Below are positions 9,174 to 18,898 of a stretch of 63,331 bases of DNA, in pieces. The notes below the pieces were generated by a model. That model made no database searches. It was given only the letters and a program-made list of their open reading frames with translations, and had not been told where the DNA came from. The translations under genes were made by a program, and so were the position numbers. The stretch comes from an uncultured archaeon (GTDB taxonomy: Archaea; Aenigmatarchaeota; Aenigmatarchaeia; CG10238-14), in contig CAYJVB010000002.1 of NCBI GenBank assembly GCA_964373575.1, forward strand, positions 1 through 63,331, given 5' to 3'. Position 1 is the first letter of the stretch. Each line of letters starts with the position of its first letter.

Positions 9174-9998
9174 ATGACTACTCAAATATTGTATATTGGA
9201 ACTGCACTTAGGAAATACAGAAAAATGTTTAAAGGTAAAGATGTTTTTGGCCTTGGACGTGATATTTTCTTGAATGACCAAAGTTCTGAGGATATTATAG
9301 AAGTAGACATTGGCAATAATGACAAGATCTATGTATGTGATGTTAAAACACCAGGTTATCCTCCTAAGAATTTTGTTAATACTTTTCACCTCTTGGGTGG
9401 TAGCTGGATAAATCCTAACCATAGAACACCCTTTGACGTGATGAAAGCAGAACTTAGTGAGGAAATTAACCACACTAAGTTTGTTAAACTTTTGGTTAAT
9501 TGTATGAAACCATTTGGTAATTATATAAAATGCATACCAAAAGAAGTTCATGGAAACCAGAATCATCCCGCAGATTATCATATAATTGTTTCATCAGTAT
9601 TTGTTTCTTCAGTTACAAAAACTCAGCTTGAAGATGTTTTGGAAATTTCATCTACTGATTCCAAAAGAAAATTTGGTAAGGATTTGTTATCGGTATTAAA
9701 GCCTATTTTCGTAGAGTCAGATCCGGGTGCAATTACACTTGGTGACATTAAAAATGGTAGATGCAAGAAATTTTGTTGGGGACATAATGTAGTGCTGTCA
9801 GACTATTTTTATGAAAAATTTGATATTCATGTGGAAATTCCGGGTTTCGATGGAATCATTGTGGACAGGTTGACATCCTCACCTTTAACCCCATTTTCTG
9901 ACAGACCAGAAACCGAACATACCAGACAGAATCCCATAAAGCGCGGACTTTTTGATGATTCTTTCAGTTTTAATCCTGAACCAAATAATAGTCACTGA
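9174..9998 (+). CDS. hypothetical protein, possible degenerate Nudix fold
   Basis: 274-aa ORF transcribed divergently from the RmlD-like gene. FHLLGGSWINPNHRTPFDVMKAELSEEI resembles a decayed Nudix box. Function unknown. Confidence 0.4.
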   Translation: MTTQILYIGTALRKYRKMFKGKDVFGLGRDIFLNDQSSEDIIEVDIGNNDKIYVCDVKTPGYPPKNFVNTFHLLGGSWINPNHRTPFDVMKAELSEEINHTKFVKLLVNCMKPFGNYIKCIPKEVHGNQNHPADYHIIVSSVFVSSVTKTQLEDVLEISSTDSKRKFGKDLLSVLKPIFVESDPGAITLGDIKNGRCKKFCWGHNVVLSDYFYEKFDIHVEIPGFDGIIVDRLTSSPLTPFSDRPETEHTRQNPIKRGLFDDSFSFNPEPNNSH

Positions 9999-11539
9999 AT
10001 CTTGTATATTCTCAACCTATTTATGAAGATATTTCTTATGCCAAGATATGTATACCAATTAATTTCCTTTGAATATTCCATTTCGGGTAACCTGTTTCTT
10101 ACTATATCCTGTATGTAAGTGTAGTTGAATTCTATGGCTCTTTCATCGACAACTAGGTATTGCGGAGCTATTCTCAGGAATTCTTCTTTTGAGTTTGGTA
10201 CTAAATATACTGTTATGTTATCCCAAGGACGTGAATCTATTTCTTTGACTGCAATCAAATCTGGGGTTGCTAATGGATAGGCAACCATTACGGTTTCTGG
10301 CTTCGTGATATCAAAATACTCGAAAATTCTTAGATAAATTGTATCTCTATTTATGTAGTAGTTGGTGTAGTTGTAAATCTGTAGAATCAACAGTCCAAAT
10401 AGAAATATTAAAACGATTTTGCGCTGGCTTATTTTCTGTATTGCTGTTGCGAATAATATGGAGAATGCTGGTAGCAGTGGTAGGCCATAGCGGAAGCTTA
10501 TTTGCGCATAAAATGAATGTAACATTACAGCTGTGATCCAGATTAATAGTATTTTATATTCGTCTTTTAATTTCGGTGTTTGTATGACCCAAAATGTGAA
10601 TATAACATCACCTAAAAACAGAAACGGATAGAATTTCATGTCAGGTTCTTTTAGCAAAAATAAGTAATTGCCGAATATTAAGAAAAGTAGTGCTATTAAT
10701 AAATAGATTTTTTCATACTTTTTGAAGAATATTGAGTAAGTTATTATTAGAAATGCGATGAAATTTCCGTTTTGAATGAAATTGAAAAATATGTTTGTAG
10801 TGTAATTTTTGCCTATCAAGAAAATATTTTTGAAATCAGTTGGAATTAATATACCACGTTCAACACTTGGATCATAGGCATATCCTTTTACTGAAGTGTG
10901 CCATACTGTCCATGAAATTAGTGCGATTGCTGGTATTAGAAATAAAAGAAATTCCCACTTGAATCTTCTTTTTAAAATAACATATACTAACGGGATTACT
11001 GATACTAAGATTCCAGGCGCTTTGGTTAGAGCAGTCATAGATCCGAATAAGACAAAAAGGAAATAGTATTTCTTGTCTTCTGTTTTCAATGCTCTTATAA
11101 GAAAATACATTGTTGTTGTAAATAGAGCCGTTAATGGAATATCAAAATAAACCCAGTTACTTACTACAAAAAACCAAGGCTGAACAGACAAGAATATAGT
11201 TGCCAGTAATCCGATTTTCTCACCAAATAATTCCTTTCCTATGAAAAATGTCATCAATAGTGCAATTACTGAAAAAATTAGTATAACGGAATGTGATACT
11301 ATCACGGACTCACCAAATATTTTGTATGAAAGTGCTAATACCCAAAATAGAAAATAAGGGTGCCCAAAATCTTGAGGCGGTATAGAAAATAATCCATTCT
11401 CAAGCAAATATTTTGATTGAGAGACCCAAGCTACTGCATCATAATGATATGGATTTGCTAGTGTTGGGATATGTAAAATAATGAATGTAACAATTACTGC
11501 AAGCAACATATAGTGAGTTTTTCTTCTCTGAAATTTCAT
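9992..11539 (-). CDS. GT-C fold membrane glycosyltransferase (PMT_2/ArnT/GT39-like)
   Basis: 515 aa with more than 10 TM helices, an acidic residue in the first loop (HYDAVAW) and a soluble C-terminal domain. Similar architecture to 16267-17808 and 35034-36704. Confidence 0.65.
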   Translation of the reverse strand: MKFQRRKTHYMLLAVIVTFIILHIPTLANPYHYDAVAWVSQSKYLLENGLFSIPPQDFGHPYFLFWVLALSYKIFGESVIVSHSVILIFSVIALLMTFFIGKELFGEKIGLLATIFLSVQPWFFVVSNWVYFDIPLTALFTTTMYFLIRALKTEDKKYYFLFVLFGSMTALTKAPGILVSVIPLVYVILKRRFKWEFLLFLIPAIALISWTVWHTSVKGYAYDPSVERGILIPTDFKNIFLIGKNYTTNIFFNFIQNGNFIAFLIITYSIFFKKYEKIYLLIALLFLIFGNYLFLLKEPDMKFYPFLFLGDVIFTFWVIQTPKLKDEYKILLIWITAVMLHSFYAQISFRYGLPLLPAFSILFATAIQKISQRKIVLIFLFGLLILQIYNYTNYYINRDTIYLRIFEYFDITKPETVMVAYPLATPDLIAVKEIDSRPWDNITVYLVPNSKEEFLRIAPQYLVVDERAIEFNYTYIQDIVRNRLPEMEYSKEINWYTYLGIRNIFINRLRIYKIQ

Positions 11540-11597
11540 ATCTACTTTATGTTATTAAGAAGATAAATTTTATAATTTTAATGTACAATAGTCCACT

Positions 11598-12725
11598 ATG
11601 AAGATCGCCTTTGTATTACCACATTCGCCTCAATATGCAAAAATTAGCGAAGGGGATTATTTGAAGCATCCTAAATATGAACATCAATATTGTAAGGCAT
11701 TGAGAGATCTGGGCCATGAAGCTGAATTGTTTGTTTTGTCATACAAAAAAAAGCCATATAGAAAAAGACATATTTTCGGACATTTTGTTAACTTTATTCC
11801 CGTTGACTTTAAATTAGGCAATTCAGAATTTTCGTTTAAACTTTTGGAAGTCCTATGGAAAAGTAATTTTGATATATACCATCTTCATGCATATTATTTT
11901 CCAATGTTCGATCCTTTGTCTGTAATGTGCAAGATAAAAAACTTTTCCTTTGTATGTCAATTTCATGGCAAAGGTCCAGGACAACCGAGATTTTTTGATA
12001 GATTGATTAAATTTTTTACATTGAGATTGCCTGCTAAAATATTATGTGTTACTCGCGAAGAGGTAGATAATGTTAAGAAAGTTTTTGGTTTGCCTTCTGG
12101 AAATGTGACATTCTTTCCTAATGGTTTGGACTTGGATTATTTCAAACCAAGAATAATTTCTAAAGAACAGATGAAGTTAAGTGGCAGCATCTTTTATTTA
12201 CTTTTTGTTGGTAGACTGTCTTTTCATAACAAAGGTGTAGATACCTTAATTAATGCTGTGTCTAAGTTGCCTGATGATGTAAAATTATTGGTCATTGGAG
12301 ATGGACCTGATTTCAACAATATGCTTGAACTCATCAAGAAATTGGATTTAGAAGATCGTGTTATACCTCTCGGTGGACAACCTGGTAGTGTTGTAGTTAA
12401 ATATTATAATGTGGTTGATTGTATTGTAGCGCCTTCTAACTTTGATTTTTGGCCTGGGGTGGTTTTAGAGGGTATGTACTCCAAAAAGCCTGTTATTGCA
12501 TCTAAAGTTGGAGGGATTCCTGATATGATAGACAATTGGAAGACCGGTATATTAGTTGAACCGGGTAATGTTAATCAAATTGTTAATACTGTGTTGAAAC
12601 TAAAAAAAGATAAAAAACTATCGTCATTTATAGGAAATAATGCTCATAAAAAGGTTAAAACTCAATTCAATTGGGATATAATTGGAAAAAGAGCCGAAAA
12701 AATATACGAGGAGGTATTGAGATGA
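11598..12725 (+). CDS. GT4 (GT-B) glycosyltransferase
   Basis: C-terminal Glycos_transf_1 pattern: FVGRL...KGVD..., GDGPD, and the EGMYSKKPVIASKVGGIPDMI EX7E-like motif. Confidence 0.85.
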   Translation: MKIAFVLPHSPQYAKISEGDYLKHPKYEHQYCKALRDLGHEAELFVLSYKKKPYRKRHIFGHFVNFIPVDFKLGNSEFSFKLLEVLWKSNFDIYHLHAYYFPMFDPLSVMCKIKNFSFVCQFHGKGPGQPRFFDRLIKFFTLRLPAKILCVTREEVDNVKKVFGLPSGNVTFFPNGLDLDYFKPRIISKEQMKLSGSIFYLLFVGRLSFHNKGVDTLINAVSKLPDDVKLLVIGDGPDFNNMLELIKKLDLEDRVIPLGGQPGSVVVKYYNVVDCIVAPSNFDFWPGVVLEGMYSKKPVIASKVGGIPDMIDNWKTGILVEPGNVNQIVNTVLKLKKDKKLSSFIGNNAHKKVKTQFNWDIIGKRAEKIYEEVLR

Positions 12726-13357
12726 GTAAAACATACATACCAAAGCGAGGCACTGAAATATTGAAGTATCATGCTAAAACACAATTATATGATTTGAAAG
12801 GAAGCAAGAGGGTTTTAGATTTTGGTTGTGGACCCGGTTTTTGGATGGAGATGCTCCGTGAAATGAATTCTGATCCTATAGGCGTTGATATCTCACTTGA
12901 TCATATAAAAATTTGTAAACGCAAAGGATTTACAAGTTATGTTGGCGGCGTAAATTATCTATCTAAATTTTCTAGTAGTTCATTCGATGCTATTTTATGC
13001 TCTTTTGTCATTGAACATTTGACTAGAGAAGATATAGATGCAATGTTAAATCATTTCCACAGAATATTGAGACCTAATGGAATATTAGTTATAAATACTG
13101 ACAATTGGCATAGTGCATATAAAAAATTTTATGATGACTATACACATAAAACACCATTTACAGGAATATCATTAAAGGAACTTGTACAAAGTAAAAAATT
13201 TCGTGTCAAAAGACTGGCCTATTTTCCCACCATTTTCAAAGGATTCGGGTTACTTTCTTCATATTTCCCGTTTTTTACCAGATTTTTTTATATGTTACTA
13301 GAACTAGATAACCTGTTCAATAGAAGAAATATGAAATTGGTTGCAGAAAAGGTTTAA
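12722..13357 (+). CDS. class I SAM-dependent methyltransferase
   Basis: VLDFGCGPGFW motif I, ILCSFVIEHL, LRPNGILV. The ATG at 12722 overlaps the upstream stop (ATGA) and is preceded by GAGGAGGT at 12708-12715. Confidence 0.8.
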   Translation: MSKTYIPKRGTEILKYHAKTQLYDLKGSKRVLDFGCGPGFWMEMLREMNSDPIGVDISLDHIKICKRKGFTSYVGGVNYLSKFSSSSFDAILCSFVIEHLTREDIDAMLNHFHRILRPNGILVINTDNWHSAYKKFYDDYTHKTPFTGISLKELVQSKKFRVKRLAYFPTIFKGFGLLSSYFPFFTRFFYMLLELDNLFNRRNMKLVAEKV

Positions 13358-14280
13358 TGCAATTTTTTCTTAATGTTATTTTCCAAATCTTCGGTTTTCT
13401 TTGTGCTGACTATAAGTTCTCCTAGCAAACCAATAGAAATAAACTGAATGCCTATTATCATAAACAATACTCCTAGAGCTAAAATTGGCCTATCCCAAAT
13501 CGTAACACCTTTAGACCAGAGGTATGTCATATAAACACCAATAGAAAAACCGATCAAAAAGAATAACATGCCTATAAAGCCAAATAAATGAAGTGGCCTT
13601 TTAGAAAATCTCATAAGAAACTTTACCGTTATTAGATCCAAAAATCCCTTTACCAAGCGAGTCACTCCGTATTTTGATTGACCAAACTTTCTTGATCTGT
13701 GATTAACTTTTATTTCAGAAACCTTATATCCTTTCCAATGGGCTAAAGCAGGTATATATCTATGAAGCTCACCGTATATGTTCAGACTTTTTGCAACCTC
13801 CTTTCTAAATATTTTAAAGCCACAATTGCTGTCATGGATATTAACTCCCGTAGTGATTGATGTAAGCTTGTTAAAAATTTTGGATGGCATCGTTTTTGTT
13901 ATAGGATCGTTTCTTATATACTTCCAACCGACAACCAAATCATAACCCTGGTTTATTTTTTTTAGCATTCTGGGTATTTCTGCAGGATCATCTTGTAAAT
14001 CTCCATCCATTGTAATCACAAAGTCACCATTTGCATGGTTGAAGCCGATCATTAAGGCAATAGATTTTCCAAAATTTTGACGCAGTTCAATAACCTTCAC
14101 ATTTTTATCTTTTTTATGTAGTTTTTCTAATTCAGGAGAAGTATTATCTTCACTCCCATCATCTATAAATATTATTTCGTATCTTTTTCCAATATTTTTT
14201 AGAGTTTCTGTTAACTCTCTATGTAGGATAGCTACATTTTTTTCTTCATTTTTGACAGGTATGATTATAGATAGATCCAT
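13354..14280 (-). CDS. GT2 polyprenyl/dolichyl-phosphate hexosyltransferase (GtrB/ArnC/AglD-like) with two C-terminal TM helices
   Basis: IIIPVKNEE, FIDDGSEDNT, TMDGDLQDDP, and a C-terminal hydrophobic pair. Confidence 0.85.
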   Translation of the reverse strand: MDLSIIIPVKNEEKNVAILHRELTETLKNIGKRYEIIFIDDGSEDNTSPELEKLHKKDKNVKVIELRQNFGKSIALMIGFNHANGDFVITMDGDLQDDPAEIPRMLKKINQGYDLVVGWKYIRNDPITKTMPSKIFNKLTSITTGVNIHDSNCGFKIFRKEVAKSLNIYGELHRYIPALAHWKGYKVSEIKVNHRSRKFGQSKYGVTRLVKGFLDLITVKFLMRFSKRPLHLFGFIGMLFFLIGFSIGVYMTYLWSKGVTIWDRPILALGVLFMIIGIQFISIGLLGELIVSTKKTEDLENNIKKKLH

Positions 14281-14341
14281 GCTAATCTCTATTATATACT
14301 TCTTTTTAATTTTTAAATTGTAATTGATTTTTTAGATTGGA

Positions 14342-16270
14342 ATGTGCGGTATAGCAGGATTTGTTGGCATTTCTGATAGGCAGCTTCTGAAGAAAATGTG
14401 TAATATTATACAGCACAGAGGACCTGATGAATCTGGTTTTTTTATCGATGATAATGTAGGTTTGGGAAATCAAAGACTCAGCATTATTGATGTTGCAGAA
14501 GGACATATGCCTATGCAGAATGAAGATAAGACTATTACAATCACATATAATGGCGAGATTTATAATTACCTTGAGCTGAAAAAAGAACTTGAAGAGAAAG
14601 GCCATAGATTCAGTACTAGATCAGATACTGAAGCAATAATTCACGCTTATGAGGAATATGGTGACAGTTGTGTTGAAAAATTAAGAGGTATGTTTGCTAT
14701 AGCACTTTGGGACACCAAGAAAAAATCACTGTTTTTAGCAAGAGACAGGTTTGGTAAAAAACCATTATATTATACTTATGTTAATGGTGTTTTTTTATTT
14801 GGTTCAGAAATCAAATCAATTTTGCTTCATGCTGGCGTTAAGAGGCAGTTGAATTATGAAGCTTTAGATAAATATCTCACATTTAGGTATGTTCCTGGAT
14901 CAATTACGATGTTCAAAAACATCTACAAATTGCCTCCTGGTCACATATTGAACTATTCCAATGGCAAGGCTAAAATAAGAAAATATTGGAGTCTATCTCT
15001 AGATAAGTTCGATAATATGAGTGAACAATACTATAGTGAAAAATTATTTGAAATGCTGAAAGAGGCTGTCAAAATAAGATTGATGAGTGAGGTTCCATTA
15101 GGCGCTTATCTTTCTGGTGGTATTGATTCAAGTTCTATTGTTGGTATAATGAGTACTTTAGTTGAAGAGCCTGTTAAAACTTTTTCTGTTGGTTTTACAG
15201 GATATGGAGAAGTAGATGAACTCAGCCACGCTCAACTAGTAGCGGATCACTTCAATACCGACCATAGACATTTCTATGTAGAGGCTAATACATCGAAATT
15301 GTTACCACAAATTGTGTGGCATTTTGATGAGCCAAATGCTGATCCTGCTGCAATTCCAGTTTATTTGCTCTCGGAGATGACAAAGAAATTTGCAACTGTT
15401 GTTTTAGTGGGTGAAGGTGGAGATGAAATGTTTGCTGGATATCAGTGGTACAAAATAATGTCTCTAGGTAAAAAAGTTAGCTTAACACCGAAATTTATGA
15501 GATCAGTTATTCCTGCTGTTATAAAAAATACTCCTAAATGGTTATTGAATATGATTTTTGAGTATACTTCTGCATTGGGTGAAGAGGGAATGAAAAGGTT
15601 TGAACAATTTATTTCATTGCTTGATAATGAGTCAGATGCATTTCTTTTAATGATTTCTATTTTTACTGAGGATGAGAAGAAAGAATTGTATAATGATGAT
15701 TTACTTAAGCAGAAATTTACGCCGGCAAATGAAACTGTTAAATCATATTTTGAAAATAACAATGTACCTACGCTGAATAAAATGCTTTTGTATGACTCTA
15801 ATAATTGGTTGCAACATCTTTTGATGAAGACTGATAAAATGACTATGTCTAAATCAATTGAAGCTAGAGTTCCTTTTTTGGATCATGTTTTTGCAGAATT
15901 TGTTGCCAGAATACCGCCGGGACTGAAACTGAGAGGAAAGACGGATAAATATATTTTGAGAAAGTCCATGTCGAGACTAATACCTAAAGAGATTATGAAA
16001 AGAAAGAAACATCAATTTTTTGTTCCTATTGATGCATGGTTTGAAGGAGAACTAAGAGATGTTGTTTTGCAAATATTGTCAGAGTCTAATGTTGAGAAAG
16101 GAAAATGTTTCAGGTATGATTATATAAAAAAAATCATTGAAAGACACGGTTCATCCAAATTGTATTATAGCAGGCAGTTGTGGAATTTATTGATTTTTGA
16201 GATGTGGCATAAGACTTTTATTGAGAATGATCATGTTAGCAAACCTTTAGTTTTAGATAAGATGATTTAA
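14342..16270 (+). CDS. asnB: asparagine synthase (glutamine-hydrolysing)-like amidotransferase
   Basis: N-terminal MCGIAG Ntn-amidotransferase nucleophile, the SGGIDSS PP-loop, 642 aa. Confidence 0.9.
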   Translation: MCGIAGFVGISDRQLLKKMCNIIQHRGPDESGFFIDDNVGLGNQRLSIIDVAEGHMPMQNEDKTITITYNGEIYNYLELKKELEEKGHRFSTRSDTEAIIHAYEEYGDSCVEKLRGMFAIALWDTKKKSLFLARDRFGKKPLYYTYVNGVFLFGSEIKSILLHAGVKRQLNYEALDKYLTFRYVPGSITMFKNIYKLPPGHILNYSNGKAKIRKYWSLSLDKFDNMSEQYYSEKLFEMLKEAVKIRLMSEVPLGAYLSGGIDSSSIVGIMSTLVEEPVKTFSVGFTGYGEVDELSHAQLVADHFNTDHRHFYVEANTSKLLPQIVWHFDEPNADPAAIPVYLLSEMTKKFATVVLVGEGGDEMFAGYQWYKIMSLGKKVSLTPKFMRSVIPAVIKNTPKWLLNMIFEYTSALGEEGMKRFEQFISLLDNESDAFLLMISIFTEDEKKELYNDDLLKQKFTPANETVKSYFENNNVPTLNKMLLYDSNNWLQHLLMKTDKMTMSKSIEARVPFLDHVFAEFVARIPPGLKLRGKTDKYILRKSMSRLIPKEIMKRKKHQFFVPIDAWFEGELRDVVLQILSESNVEKGKCFRYDYIKKIIERHGSSKLYYSRQLWNLLIFEMWHKTFIENDHVSKPLVLDKMI

Positions 16271-17808
16271 TTAACACAAACTGTATTTCTCAATAAGCAA
16301 ATATAGTTACACCTTGGTGGTTCATGGCCATCGTAATACTTGAAGCGATATATTTCTATATCCCCTATTTTTCTTTCGAATTCAACTAAATTGTTTTCTT
16401 TTAACATATCCATTACATTTGCCATTTTAGGATCTATTGTGATTGTTTTTCTTAGAGGGTCATGTACAACCCATTTAATACCATACCCGTACAATGTTTG
16501 GCTAAAATCTGTAGATTTTTCTAGCAGGCAATATCTATATGATTTGACGAATTCACCTTCTTTTACGAGGTTGAACATTAAATAACTAGGATATATGGCG
16601 GTTGTTTCTGAAGTCAGGTAGAATGGCTCTTTGTTTTGTAACAAGAAATCAGCAACTTCTTGGTCGTAAGTTGGATTAAATTTTATGGCATAACTTTTGA
16701 ATGCCATTGAGGCGTTGATAACTAAAAGAATTGCAAATATTGCAATGAATTTTACTCCAAATTTTTTTGCTAATTCATATGAAAATACACCAAACATTAA
16801 AACTAGAGGCGTAATTAGATCTATTATATATCTGTGATCTTTGTTAGGGGATATTGTTAGATATGTGTAGAAGACAAGAATCCATATTGTGAAAAACTTC
16901 CAGTGCGGACTTTTGTTTTTGAAGTAGAAGATCAGTGATAGTATCAGTAAAATAGAAAGGGGAAAGACGAAATACCATCTGTTGATTAATATCCCATAAT
17001 GTAACCAGCCAGCAATACTCGTGAATTGAGGATCGCCTTCGCCATAGCCAGCAAAGAAGGCTCCTTGTGGTTGAAATAGTGGTTGAACAACACCAAGTTT
17101 AAACATTAAATAGACATAAGGCAGACTTAATACTCCAAATAGAACAAATGAATACAAGAGGTACTTTAGGTGTTTTCTATTTTCGGTCATCCAATATAAA
17201 AACAAAGCTATAGCAAGTAATCCGATGAACCATTTAACCATAAATCCAAGAAACATTGTGAAACCGGCAGTGAGATAATCCTTTTTTTTACCTGATTTAT
17301 AGGCACGAAGATACATGTATGCTGTTAATCCTGTGAAGAAACCAACAGGGAGATCTAGCAATGTGCTTCTTCCAAGATAGATTACTATTGGAATGCTTGC
17401 AAAAATGAGAACTGTTAAAATCGCCACTTTTTCTTCTTTGTATAAAAACATTGAAAATTTGTATAACATTAGAATGAATAGCGCTGTTATTACTATCGTT
17501 ACTAACCTTCCTAAAATATAACTTTCTCCCAGAATTCCGAATAATAGACCTCTTGTAGCTTCTATAAGTGGTGGATAATAGATTGTAACTTTTGGATAGT
17601 ATGTAAGATAAGTTAGTCCATATTTGTATATCGCTGAAATGGACGGATGAGTTAGAGCATATTTCATGACATCTTTATAGAAAACACTTACTAGCAAATG
17701 AGTACCTTCATCACTCTCGATACTTGATTTAACTGCTAGATAAATCAGAAATGCAAAATAGAATGAAAAAAGTAATATCAGTGCGATGTTATGTTTCTTT
17801 AATTTCAT
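16267..17808 (-). CDS. GT-C fold membrane glycosyltransferase (PMT_2/ArnT/GT39-like)
   Basis: More than 10 TM helices and a first-loop SDEGTH (DE) motif. The probable start MKLKKHN at 17808 abuts the upstream stop. Confidence 0.7.
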   Translation of the reverse strand: MKLKKHNIALILLFSFYFAFLIYLAVKSSIESDEGTHLLVSVFYKDVMKYALTHPSISAIYKYGLTYLTYYPKVTIYYPPLIEATRGLLFGILGESYILGRLVTIVITALFILMLYKFSMFLYKEEKVAILTVLIFASIPIVIYLGRSTLLDLPVGFFTGLTAYMYLRAYKSGKKKDYLTAGFTMFLGFMVKWFIGLLAIALFLYWMTENRKHLKYLLYSFVLFGVLSLPYVYLMFKLGVVQPLFQPQGAFFAGYGEGDPQFTSIAGWLHYGILINRWYFVFPLSILLILSLIFYFKNKSPHWKFFTIWILVFYTYLTISPNKDHRYIIDLITPLVLMFGVFSYELAKKFGVKFIAIFAILLVINASMAFKSYAIKFNPTYDQEVADFLLQNKEPFYLTSETTAIYPSYLMFNLVKEGEFVKSYRYCLLEKSTDFSQTLYGYGIKWVVHDPLRKTITIDPKMANVMDMLKENNLVEFERKIGDIEIYRFKYYDGHEPPRCNYICLLRNTVCVN

Positions 17809-18848
17809 ATGAACACTTTTTTCAAATATTGATCTGTTATGAACTTCCAAGAAAATTGTGTATTTAGCAGCTTGTAGCCGTATTCTCCATATGCTGTTCT
17901 AAGCTTTTCATTTTTCAAGATTTTAACAATTGCATTTGCTAGTTCGATGATACTCTCTTTCTCAATTAAAATACCATTTTTATTTTGATGTATCATTTCT
18001 TTAAACGTGCCATCATTTGTAGCAACAATAGGTTTTTTGAAAAAATATGCTACGGATGGAACAGAACTGTTATTTGCTTCTCTGTATGGCATTGCCACGA
18101 GGTCGCTAGCACTAAACATCTGGCTAACTGTATCCCATGGTAGGAATTCAGCATTTCTGATTATAGAGTTTTTTAATTTTAGTTTGTCGATTATTTTCTG
18201 ATACAGTTTCCAACCATCAAATGTTTTTCCTGATATTACAAATTTCACTCCTTTAATTTCTTTGTTAACTAAAGGTACCGATTTCAATAATATATCTAGT
18301 CCCTTATTGTATGTAATCCAACCGAAAAATAGAACATAATACTTGTCTTTCCATCCTAATTTTTTTCTTGCTAAGTTCTTGTCGAACAATTTAAGCTGTT
18401 CTAAGTTTGTTGCTATTGGGGTGTATGCTGTTACTTCGTGGCCTAAACCCTCAAGTAATTTTTTGTTTCTTTTTGAATGGGTGACAAGCTTATCGCTAGT
18501 TTCATAAATAAGTTTTCGTATAAACATCGGCCTGTATATTGTGTGTATCGTCCATGGCTCTTCGTGGGCTTCAAAAATCAATTCAAAGCTTTTGATTTCC
18601 CTTAATGCTACTATTATCAAATGCATTGGCCAAATTAGCTGCTGGATGTCAACTGCTGTATAATTACCGAATAATATCTCTTTGATAATTTCTATGTAGA
18701 AACCCAACTTATGTGTGAACTTTTCATTTTTTCTGTCGAGAAATTTAATGTTTATTCTATCCTTTATTTTAAGATAGAGTGGTTTAGCATATTCGTAAAT
18801 TCCTCCACCACTGGCGTCGCAAATCATTAAAATTTTTTTCTGTCTCAT
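17805..18848 (-). CDS. GT4 (GT-B) glycosyltransferase
   Basis: MRQKKILMICDASGGGIYEY N-terminus. C-terminal FFGWITYNKGLD..., and an SVPSVAYFFKKPIVATNDGTFKEMI E-x7-E-like region. Confidence 0.8.
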   Translation of the reverse strand: MRQKKILMICDASGGGIYEYAKPLYLKIKDRINIKFLDRKNEKFTHKLGFYIEIIKEILFGNYTAVDIQQLIWPMHLIIVALREIKSFELIFEAHEEPWTIHTIYRPMFIRKLIYETSDKLVTHSKRNKKLLEGLGHEVTAYTPIATNLEQLKLFDKNLARKKLGWKDKYYVLFFGWITYNKGLDILLKSVPLVNKEIKGVKFVISGKTFDGWKLYQKIIDKLKLKNSIIRNAEFLPWDTVSQMFSASDLVAMPYREANNSSVPSVAYFFKKPIVATNDGTFKEMIHQNKNGILIEKESIIELANAIVKILKNEKLRTAYGEYGYKLLNTQFSWKFITDQYLKKVFI

Positions 18849-18898
18849 ACAAAAGCATCTAAAGTTATATATTAAAATCTAACAGATAAGGTGTATAT

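Noticed and set aside
9165-9581. 138-aa minus-strand ORF overlapping the start of 9174-9998.
   Set aside because: The plus-strand ORF is twice as long and has more protein-like composition. The minus ORF is Ile/Phe/Asn-rich without features.
12671-12721. Upstream TTG-initiated extension of the methyltransferase ORF (also 27462, 28573, 41784, 44139 and 60556 for their genes).
   Set aside because: The extensions overlap the preceding genes or add non-conserved residues. Internal ATGs have SD-like motifs or stop-start overlaps and give N-termini matching family norms.
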